This document shows positions 43,464 through 54,774 of a DNA stretch of 64,000 nucleotides, piece by piece (position 1 is the stretch's first letter; every line of letters starts with the position of its first letter). Below the pieces are notes generated by a model. It searched no databases. It was not told the DNA's origin and saw only the letters and a list, made by a program, of their open reading frames with translations. Location: the NCBI RefSeq assembly GCF_964355755.1, contig NC_092677.1:8454101-8518100 (forward strand). Direction: 5' to 3'. A program made the position numbers and the translations under genes. The stretch is from Antedon mediterranea (Eukaryota > Animalia > Echinodermata).

Positions 43464-46400
43464 TTAAAATATGTCGTTAAATCCATAATTTGCTAAATTT
43501 GTTTGTTCTGACCAAGCAGCGTAAGAAGCGCCATCCATTTCACGGGCTAGTATGTTGCCTTCTCGGAGTTGATAATTTGTTCCTCCAATATTCGATCCGC
43601 ATTCTGGACACTTGCCTTCCGTCGTGGCACCGCCGCAGTCACCTATCGCATATACGTGTCCTTTTGGGCACTTAAACCAATGGCCCTTTGATAGACCCAT
43701 CGCCTTTACAATTTGTACCCGTTCGTCATCTGATATTCCAGGAATACTGCCGCATTTCTCTCGTATTTTTTTCAAGCAAAAATTTATGGTCTTTATATCA
43801 CCTTCTATTAGAGGTTTCACGCCAGCGACTCGTTTTTTAACCGTAGATAAATAATCCAATAATTCATCTTTACTAATTTTAGAAGTATGTAGTATGCTTT
43901 TAAGCACATATAATTCCATAAAGTATTTGATACGTTGAAGCTCTAGTGATATATCTTCCAGAAGTTGTTCACTAAACCGATTTCTTGGTTTAAGGATCCA
44001 TTGTTTGCAGGTTTCAAGTTCTTTCTTTATCTTTGTCTCAAATTGTACATATCCTGAACAAATTTTGCCAAAACCTGCATTCTTAATCTTCTGCATCTCC
44101 AGAAGAAACTGCACTTTGTTCTTCATATCAGTAACCTGATCCGGTGTCTTCACTGTTTTGAGTTCAATATCAAGATGCCTATGTGATTCTGCATCAGATA
44201 TTTTTGAAATTTCAATTGTCAGCTTCTGTTTATCCAAATATATTAGATGTTTATCTCCATTAATTTTTGCCTTTACATGTTCCACATCCATTTGTAATTG
44301 TTTTATGATATTGCCGTACCGCAGATTCATTCTAATTGGTGTTTTACACAATGGACAAAGTTTTGGCTGAACATCATTTTGTTGTTCGTCTTTTTCATCC
44401 ATCCATGTATCTAGTGCTTCTGATTCTATAACGTGACCACACTTTTCCAGCTCAATGAATCTTGCATCAGGATCATCCTCGTTACCAAACATTATAGTGG
44501 TTAACTCTTTTTTATTGCATATCCGACACTTCTTGGGACACGGCTCACCGCAAAGACCAACACATGCATGACCACATGTTGTAAGGAGCTTCTTACATGG
44601 TTCATTGCATCTATCGCGATTGCAGGGTTGCCCACATTGTCTTTTACAAGTGTGATGTTCGCATTGCCATTCACACGGCATTGTGCAAGGTGTACACTCT
44701 TCTCCACATTTCCTAGGACATTTGCTATGAACACATCGGTTTTCACATGGTTTACTACATGGTGGACAATTGCGAGTACACGGTTCAAGACATTCGTGTC
44801 CACATACCAAAGTTCTGCCACATTTCGAACGACATTGTTGATGAAGACGACCATTTTTACAATCTCCACATTTTCCTTCACAAGTATGGTCACATTTCAA
44901 AGAGAATCCACATGGGTGAGAGCATTTTAATGGATCATCTACATAGCATTTGTATTCGCCATTATGCCCACAAGGCCATAGTTTACTGACAATCTGTTGA
45001 CACCTACTTGTACATGGATGGCTGCATGTTTCATTACAGGCATGTCCACACTCTAATGTCTTTGGACAAGTTGACAAACAAGCGACTGTAGACACATCCT
45101 TGAAGCAAGGTACCTTCTGATTGTGCCCACAAGGTAAACATTTTGTCACTGAAACTTTGCATTCCTTCTCACACTTCTGGAAACATTTAAGTCTACAAGG
45201 ATGTCCCATAGGGCATGTGACTCTGACACAGGCCTCACGGCAAATAACTTCTTTGTGTTCGGGGTCATATGGGTGGCATGGCAGCTTACAGGCGTGTCCG
45301 CATTTAAGTCTGCTAATACAAGGTACGTTGCAACCTCCTTCAGGGCATTTAGTGAAGTCACTTAGTTCACGTATTTCTACGCTTGTGTTTGTGTGGTTTT
45401 GACAACACAGTCGAATAGTTGGTCCAAGCAATTTTTGTTGTCGAAGTTCTTTGACAATCTTATTCCAGTTTTCGTCTTGGGCAGCAAGAAGTTTCATATT
45501 TCCTATGCAAAACAATCCTTTCTTTGCTCTCGATAATGCCACACACATCCTAGTCTTTTCTTTAAGAAAGCCAATTTTACCTGCCGCATTACTTCTGACA
45601 AGTGAAAGAAGAATGATCTCATTTTCTTCGCCTTGATAGTTATCAACGGCGCGGACGCAAACGCCTTTGAAAAACTGTGACTTCATTATTTTCTTGAACT
45701 GAAAGAGTTGACCCGTGTAGGTTGTAAGGATTGTAATTTCTGATGGTTTGTAGCCTTGTTGAATAAGGTACTTACAAAGATTTACCAAGAACTCAGCTTC
45801 AAAAATATTTGATTTACTAAGAGTATCGTTGACTGCAGTTTCTAACTGATTATGTTCAATAAAGAACATATTACTTGACACACCTTTAATATTACCATAC
45901 TGAAGGACATTTGGGGCATCTAGAAGGCCAGTGTAAAAATAATTCTTCATAATTGATGATATTTCTGGTCTCATTCTATGTTGAATATTTAACCTCTGAC
46001 AATCCATACCGTTCTTTACCATCCTTTCGAAAAGAGAGATCTCTAACTTGAACTCTTTGGCAAGATTATACACCGTTGGATTAGGTCTCAGTTGCTGGTG
46101 ATCCCCAATCAATATAAGGTGTTCACAACCTTCAGTCAGACTTGACACTATATGAGCTTCTAGCACTTCTGCGGCCTCTTCTACAATGACGATCTTTGCC
46201 TGAATTCGTTGAAGCATATTTCTACATCGTGCCGCTCCAGTAGTGGTCATACCAATTACCTTAGCATCTCGCATCAAACGAAGATCCTCCTCTAATCCAA
46301 TTTCTTGAAGTTGTTTTCCTAACGCATCATAATTGGCTTGATTTTGAAATAGCGTCTGACGTTCGTTGTTACAGTATTTCGATATCCAAAATCGGTATAG

Positions 46401-49400
46401 ACGCCAACGATCATTCAGTTTGAGATTCCATATGTTACCAACTCTAGCAGCTTCAATCTCTCTCATTTTGTCAGAACTAAGCAGTTGTTTTTTGAGGTAT
46501 CGTGATCTCCTCTTTTTATTTCCTGCTAATTGAAAGCCATCTTCATCTGCAACATGTTTCAGTGGGTCGTACGCAAGTTGACGTCTAACAGTTTTCTTTA
46601 TTCTATCGATTTCCTTCACATTTACTTTTTCACCTGTTATGTCATCGTCGATATCAACGAGTCTCTGTTCGGTTAACAAATCAGCCTCTTCCGCAATATC
46701 CATTTCTTCGTTTTCTTCTTCTGTGGGTTCTTCGTCCGGATCGTGTACAATATTTTGAATGTCATCAACAACTAGGTCAGAAGCTTTATTATTCCCTGCC
46801 AATCCTAACCAAACCACCACTACATTGTCACTGTTTACTTCAAACTGCGTCAATGATTCGTAATGATCATCTGACATCCATGTTTCTAGGTAGATTTCAC
46901 CGATAACACCAGTTGTTGTCACTTTTATTCTTTCCTCTGCTAGATTCATAACATCTCGTAATGCATGCATATCTCGAAGAATATCTCTTTTTCTATTAAG
47001 TATGGATATGGGTAATTCTTTTCGCTCTCTTGCTTTTTGTCGAAGCTGAGTTAAATTAAAGCTTTTCAAAGTTTCACTTTTACTTCTTCCACCAACGCGT
47101 ACAATACCCGTTGGTTGAAATGAATGTATGCCTTCAAGAAATTGATCAAGAGCATGATTTGTGAAGCAGACTACGAATATAGGGCTGTGTTTTACTCTAG
47201 CACGAGCAGCATCAATCGTCCAACATTCACTGTTATGAAGCAATGCATGTACAATCTTTAACCCTATGTAGGTTTTACCAGTTCCAGGTGGACCTTGGAT
47301 GACTGCAAACTCTTTCGTCAACGCTGTCCTAACAGCGTCAAATTGCGAGTCATCGAGTTGAAGAGCCGTGGCTGTTGGCCAATAATTACCAGCTATTCTT
47401 ACAAGAAGTTTTGTAGTACCATCAACCAACGGTGATAGGTCATATGTCATAGTCCTGTTGTGACGTAGATACGATGGGGCATCGACTTCGTGGCGGGCTT
47501 CAATTATGTAACTTCTCATCGGCATGCTTGTTTCTGTAATTTCCTGCAAACTATGTAGTACGTGTCGGTAAGCTTCGAAGAAGGAAGATGTTTCAACCAT
47601 GGTATAATGACGTTCGTTTAAGCCAAAGTCAACGTCGTTTTCAAATTTGATATCTAAGAAACCATTTTCAAGATCCTTTTCTTCTCTGTTTGCCACAGTA
47701 GCGAAACAAACTGTCTGGAAATCGTCTGGAGACAGGCATACAAGTGACCCATAAATCAAGCGCTTTGTGGATTGCCAGCGAACTCCCTTTAAGCGTGACA
47801 CATCAAAGTGTACTCGGTATAAAATACAGTTATGTGAACACACTGGATACTCGATAGTGACGTCATTATACACCCGTATGTCAGTTATTCTTCTATGTTT
47901 GTCTTCTTTGTGTTGTAGGTATTCTCTGATGCCTTCTCGAAGTGGTCTCACCAAGTCCTCTCGAAGTAAACGGAACTGGACATCTAGGTAATGATCCACG
48001 TTTTCGTAACTACCGTCAAGTTTATTGTGTCGCAAATAAGGTCTGCGGTCTGCAGTAAGATCATTTAGTGTAGGGAATATTGATATTGTCCGGAAGTCAT
48101 CTGGTGGAGGGGTTTCTTCATCCATATTGATCTTTTTTCTGCGTACAATCCTTACATTTTCTCCTTGATTTTTTTCAACAGCCTGAAAAAAATCCTCCAA
48201 CTCTTTGTAACGCTCTAAAAAACACTCACCGATTAATCCTTCTCCAACTAATTCATCAATAGTTATTTTTATCAGCATTAATGAAGCTTTAAGCTCATGT
48301 GTAGAACTCGGAAGTTTTTCAACCAGTGTCCAAATTACAGTAATGATATCCTGTATTTCTACTTCATATTTCACCCTATCACTCCTTTCATCCTTTAGTG
48401 ACATAATATGATGACTCATAACATATTTAATAAATGAAGATTTTTGAAGTTTACCTAAAAATGAATTCAACGAGGCTCTAGCAGTTGTACACTCGCACGC
48501 ACTAACAATGGCGCGTAAAATTAAGGCGCACATATCTCTATTAATGTTATCCTCATTTAGAAGCTTCTGGAAGCCAAAACCGGTCGCTAGAACCTGCATA
48601 AGTATTTCTTCTTTTTCTTTACTCAGTAGTTCTTCTAGTCGTCTATAACCTATTAAAAAAAATGTTGTTCAAGTATACATTTAATAATAGAGTCTTTTGA
48701 ATTAATGCTTCTGCATTGGAGACGAACGAAATTTGCCTTTTTTGTTGATCCAATAGATCGAAAGTACTAAAAATGGTACTTACAACGATCTATTCGATCA
48801 ACAAAAAAGAAAAAAATCTCTTCTATAATATTAGGATCCAGATGAAATTGTTTCAAGAACGAAACTAAGTTTAGTATAAATATGACGTAAGAAAAAGATG
48901 TAAGGAGGTAATTTCAATCACGCTTCGATAAAACTATGCTTAACAGTAATTTGTATGTCCTGGATCGTGTTGTATAAAACATCATGGGCAATATAATCAA
49001 TCATGTAAGATGTATACAGTTTTTATTTTCGCTTATTAAATTTTTTTTGGGATTATAATTTAGTAGTAGGAATATAGATAACAAAAAAAAATCTAAAATG
49101 AATGTACGGATATAATTAATAGAAAAAAATACCTGTTGGTCTTATTTCTCTCTTTGGTCGTGCGCCTTGATCATTTTGATTTGGATCATGACGATTTAGT
49201 GATCTATTTCGACTATATGCACGCCCTCCAAAACTATCATGGCCTTGATTGCCACTATTTCTACGACCTATCTGTTCACCAGTATGGTCGTCTACGTCTC
49301 TTCTATGATCACCGCCACCGTAACTGTCATGTTGACTGACGGGTCTGAAATAATCAGCAATTTTTTTTCAATTGAAGCAAAATCTATTTGACTCATTCAT

Positions 49401-49895
49401 TCTTGATTTCAGATAAATACTCATAGAGAGATTCTTGGTCGTGAATTATTTAACATTGGAAGGTTGGAATTGTAGAATGGCTATACGGTAGTAAATGAAA
49501 TTAAATTAGATTTTGAATAGGTTAGTACGGTAGTAAATAAATGTCTTCAAAGTGTATTATTATTACTAAATTTATATCTTGTTGGGAAATGATGAGCTTT
49601 TTTTAGTAGGATTATGGTTTAATCAGTAATTTGACAACGTAGCAACTGTAACACATAACACTATGGAATATTGTTGAAGTAACACATGGGTAACGTGCAA
49701 TCATCATGCAAATAATAGTGCTTGTATCAAGATCATAATCAGAGGATTATTTTTAGAATTGTATAAGTACCTTTCTGTTGTTCTATAAGCAGGGTTTCTA
49801 TTGCCATGTGACGCACTTTCACGTTCGCCTCCTCGACCACGACCACCGCGCTGACCTCGACCACGGTATCGATGTTGTCGGGACTGATCAGCCAT
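43464..49895 (-). CDS. ZNFX1: ZNFX1-like paralogue D (~1840 aa). Exons 49895-49771, 49344-49133, 48649-43464. RZ finger present
   Basis: Full helicase motifs, NF-X1 repeats, and C-terminal GHWFKCPKGHVYAIGDCGG...CPEC...AREMDGASYAAWS typical of ZNFX1. Spliced length 5523 nt is in frame. Confidence 0.92.
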
Positions 49896-50822
49896 TGTAT
49901 GCCCATTTACGGACTACAAAATCAAAATCATGTTTTTGTATTTTATTTCAATATAACTGAGCAGTGATATGGTACTACTATAGGCGGAAAGTTATCCACT
50001 ATGGTGCAATGGACTTTTATAATTTAAAGAAAATCACAAAGCACCTATTACTATTCCAAAAACAAATGATATAAAGTATACTAAATTGATAATGTGTGGG
50101 CATACATCCCTAGAAGAAGAAAATATAGGGTGGGAGACTGAAAGGTCAGCCTAGGACCTCCATTTGAAGTAGACAATCGGATTTACAAATGTGACATTTT
50201 GTTTACATTTTTCATCTTACTGATGACGTCATAAAGAAACACATTCATGTTAGTCACAAAACTCCGATAGTTTTCGATATCAACTTTTGATGTAGTATAC
50301 TGTAGGCTAGTATGTATAAGCCTTTGTATTAGGGACTATGTCTAAATATGCCCGTCAGCCTATTTAGCTATCTAAGGAGGCTTACAAGACTCTCTCCAAT
50401 CCAATTATAAAGACAGCAGGTACCAACCACGGATAATATCCTATCTTTTACCATAAGGTGCTCCCAATTAAGGACTCCCTCTTATTAGAGACCGACTAAA
50501 GATTTTTGTTCAACTAAACATTTTACTATAAACTTCCCGGAAAATTAAAGACTACTTTAATATACACTTTTTAAATTAATGTGTTTTTGGAGTAGAACAG
50601 CCATTAACAATTGGAACAAAAGCAAATGCTAGAGTTTTTATAGGACAAATAAACCCCGATTATTATCAAATTACCCTCACCTTTAGGACGCAGCCAGCGG
50701 AGCAAAATAACCATTCTAATACATTATAATTTCCCTAAAATTATAGTCTACACGTTCTGGCATTTACAGACATAGTAGCAGGCAACATTCAGAAAATGCA
50801 GGATGTTGATGGTGTATGATAA

Positions 50823-50866
50823 ACGCCGTGGCTAAAGATACGGTACCGTATCTTTAGCCACGGCGT
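50823..50866. repeat. Perfect 44-bp palindrome
   Basis: ACGCCGTGGCTAAAGATACGGT|ACCGTATCTTTAGCCACGGCGT. Confidence 0.9.
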
Positions 50867-50889
50867 ATAATAAATGCTTTTATGAATCC

Positions 50890-51118
50890 AGGAGTTGGGT
50901 AGTCGAGTGGGTATGAAACTTGACTGTCATACAGAGAGACCTGGGTTCAATTTCCGACAACTCAGAGTCTACTGTAAATGAGTAGGGCCTACCTGGTTGA
51001 AAATACTAGAGAGGATAAGGCGGCGTGCAAAGGGACTGTCCATCCTGCCACATGATGCCGAGGCTTAGTAAAATGAGCTCACTACCCTGTGTTCAGAATT
51101 GAATACGGGACCTTTATG
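50890..51118 (+). mobile_element. tRNA-derived SINE-like element
   Basis: A-box-like TAGTCGAGTGG and B-box-like GGTTCAATTTCC, followed by a SINE-like body. Absent from the paralogous intron of E. Confidence 0.55.
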
Positions 51119-51156
51119 TTTTCCAGACACGACACTCTCACTCACTCTATTGATAG

Positions 51157-52034
51157 CAGGCCCGTAGCCAGGGGGGGTTTTTATGGTTCGGGCGAACCCC
51201 CCCCCCCCCCTTTACAGCGAACCCCCCTTAACCAACTGCGAACCCCCATCCCCGACATGCCCAATACCTCACCCTCATCTCAAAAAATCCTCCAAATACG
51301 TGCCCCCACAGTACAAAAAGTTGTTTGTAAATTGAAAAAATCGTAAACTTGTTCGTGAACCTTCTTCTCTGTATGAGCGTCAACTAGTGATACATGTCTG
51401 TAAATTTCTAAAAGCTGCAAATGAATTGCCGATTTTAACCTGAAAAATAAATGTTTGGTCCCTGCATGTAACATGATATTGACGCGTCTCATAGCGTGCG
51501 CGCGCACGAACGATTCGTACAAAGGACACCGCCAGACAACTGCGTACCTATTGTTTAGATCACTGGCAGTCAGGCAGCATGCATAAAGTATATAGCCTTC
51601 CGACGTACATCAGTATTTATGTGTGACTATGAAGTATAATGTATCATAGAGGATTATAGTGAATATTAATATTTTACACTATAATATCTATGGTATCAAG
51701 TACTGTAGTTCACATTATGGCATCCGATTATTTTTTTTAGACCACCAGCCGATACGTACTAAATTGTATCAATATCACCTATTTACATATTTATATTCCT
51801 CAACAAATTGCTGTAAATAAATATTATAGATAGAGCTAGCAAATAGCATTTGCCTTCACCCAGTGTGCTTTTTTCGGGGCTGGATATACGTTCGCATTGA
51901 ACTTGAACGCAAAACAAAATACGGAGTAAATGATCAAACAATCGCCGGTTCCGCACAGAGCACGCGCATCTAACATACGGCAACAAATATTTAGTGTCCG
52001 AACCCCCCCTTGACAGATCCTGGCTACGGCCCTG
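51157..52034. mobile_element. Non-autonomous hAT-like element with a 5-bp TSD
   Basis: TIRs CAGGCCCGTAGCCAGG and CCTGGCTACGGCCCTG, GATAG duplicated, empty site tgataggcctag at ~62476. Confidence 0.8.
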
Positions 52035-52104
52035 GATAGGCCTAGTATACTAGTTGGCCTCAGTAGGCCTAATTTAAGCCTATAAGCATGACATAATTTA
52101 GACC

Positions 52105-52260
52105 TTACCTTTCTTGTCGCCTTGCGTTTAGAATGCAGATAATTGAAATAACTGTTAAACTGTTAAATCAAGCTTACGAAATAAAATTATTTAGAAAATA
52201 CCAAAAGGTACTGAAATGCCGGAAACTGGAATTTCCCATCTAACCACGCATGCGTAGTCG
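52105..52260 (-). promoter_or_regulatory. Putative promoter/non-coding exon 1 of D
   Basis: Donor AG|GTAAG at ~52108, GGAATTTCCC at 52228-52237, adjacent CCGGAA and ACGCATGCGT. Conserved in E. Confidence 0.55.
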
Positions 52261-54589
52261 TTACGGTTCAGTGAATTTGAAAACAAATACAGTGCAACAG
52301 AGCAAGAATGTCCTAAAATTAAAATGCTGCCCTCTATAAATTGGGTAATGCTACAACCATGAAATCATCCTCACTACAGCAGTACTGATAAGGTTAATAT
52401 TTTACATTAAGTATGATTTTAATAACTGGCTCACGTAGGTTAGGCCTTTATTTGGCTTTCGTAGGCCTATAATAACATTCGATAGATGAATAACTGATTG
52501 TCGCCTATATTGACTGACCTTCACAGATATGGCGTGCCGTGGATCGAGTGTTTATAGTAAAGTTAGATTGTTAAAGTTATCAAATATAAAACGTGAATAA
52601 ACCACCAAAAATCGTATCACACAAAACTTGATGTATTAAATGATGCCTCAATCTAAATATTTCTGTTTTCTTTTAACAGTTTTGTTTTTATTGTCTTTTA
52701 AACATTACAACGTTTTAAAGTGGCGTCTTGATATGTAACACATAATGGTACTAGCTAAACGGTAATCAATTATTATTAACCCGTTTTACTAATATTTACA
52801 CATGATATTTCTCCAGGTAATAATTACTATTTTCGATTATAATTTTAGGCCTATTATAATTCTAGCCATTTTAAAAATTGCAAGCTAGCTACATTTATCC
52901 TGCTACTAATCTAGATTAAAATCATTCAGACGGTTTACCATAAACATTGCGTTTAAAAGTCTAATAAATAATTCTGTTTGAGATATTTGATATGATAGAC
53001 TCAATACATCACAAGTGTAGAATCTTAGTATCCTGGTAAACTTGAAGCTAGGTTAAAAGTGTTTATTTTATCCATGACATTTGTATGTTTTTTTTTTCAT
53101 TTTCGTAAAATCAGGTTACTAAGAATTTATAGAATTTATTAGTAATAAAAGAAAAAGAAAGGGTATAATTGAAAATACCCCTCCTCCTATGGACAAGCTA
53201 TGATGGAAGATTTGATTTATACGGTTTATGTACAACTAGCGTCGTCGTTTCTGCTGATCACTAATGTAATGCACACATGAATAGACATACACACCGTCAA
53301 CCAAACATTTGTGTTTACACCCACACAACTTGAAGCTTCATTAGTTAAATTGAATAACAACCAACTAATATAAGTTAATAACTATTAACAGACTTAAAAC
53401 AACTTAAAGATCACCTCTATTATATTCTTTAATATCTCCAAACATAATAAATCAACATACAGAGTAAAATCAGTAGACCTAATTTATATCCGTTGTCAAC
53501 TACCATTAATTTTGTTATTTTAATCAGTAAAATAATCTGAAGTAAAGTTAGATTGTTAAAATTATCAAATACAAAACGTGAAAAAAACAACAAAAATCGT
53601 ATCACAAAAAAATAATGTATTAAATGATGCCTCAATCTAAATATTTCTTCTTTTTTTTCAACAGTTTTGTTTTAATTGTCTTTTAAATATTACAGAGTTG
53701 TTTTAAAGTGGCGTCTCGTTATGTAACACATTATGGTACTCGGTAAAATAAAATAATCAATTATTATTAACCCGTTTTACCAACATTTACACATGATATT
53801 TCTCTCCAGGTAATAATTACTATTTTCGATTATAATTATAGGTCTATTATAATTCTAGTGATTTTAAAACATTGCAGGCTAGCTACATTTTATAATTCTA
53901 CTACTAAATATCATTTTCTAGATTAGAATCATTCGGATGGTTTAACATAAAAACTGCATTGAAAAGTTTTGTTTGAGATATTTGATATGATACACTTAAT
54001 ACGGTAAGTGTGGAATCTTAGTATTGATTATTACCACTAAGCAAATAGAAGAGAAACAGGATTTAAATAATCGTAAAATACAATAGGATAACAATTTAAA
54101 TACCCAACACAAAACATAATTCTAGAATTATTAAAACCATTACGCTCTTTACTCAATACTAACAAGAACAAATTCATTATGCCAGAAATTAATATTATGT
54201 ATGATTCATTTAAATATCACTATTTATTTATTTTATTCCGAATCTGTATATACACTGCAAGAAACAACACATTCAGGATGACCCTAATAATCCTTACAGA
54301 GAAGAATTATTTTTCACTGAGGTCCTAATGAACTGAACTATCATACATATTGTAGACTAATTATCGATTGAATTATTGTATAGCATTGATATACTAACGT
54401 GCAGAAAACAATAAAATCGTTGTGTCTTATGAATGTTATTGATGTTCTTATTGATCATGACGTCGTTTGATTGGACTTGGTATATTATTATTTCCATCGA
54501 AATCAGTATAGATGGATCTCACTTCTTTTTCTATAATTATCGTCCATAATAGACGGACCTTAATCGTTTGAATCGTCTTCCATCAGTTA

Positions 54590-54721
54590 TTAAAACATAT
54601 TGTCAAATCTATAATTTTCTAAATTGGTTTGTTCTGACCAAGCAGCATAAGAAGCGCCATCTATTTCACGGGCTAGTGTGTTATCCTCTCGAAGGCGATG
54701 TTGTGTTCCTCCAATCTTGGA
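54590..54721 (-). other. Intact duplicate ZNFX1 C-terminus (43 codons) in the 3' flank of E
   Basis: SKIGGTQHRLREDNTLAREIDGASYAAWSEQTNLENYRFDNMF*, offset 185 bp and out of frame with E. Confidence 0.88.
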
Positions 54722-54774
54722 TACACAAGTACAGTAATATAACTAATTTAATATTCTTGGGTCAGTCTCAATTA

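Larger units (their letters stand above)
28094..50383. repeat. Tandem segmental duplication: ~28094-38030 versus ~38039-50383
   Basis: aaattggtagtgatgttgcgttatgaagtaaaa opens both units and gcctatttagctatctaag.aggctta closes both. Colinear apart from insertions. Confidence 0.85.

Noticed and set aside
50890-50962. tRNA gene
   Set aside because: Degenerate boxes, no clean cloverleaf, and it continues into a SINE-like body.
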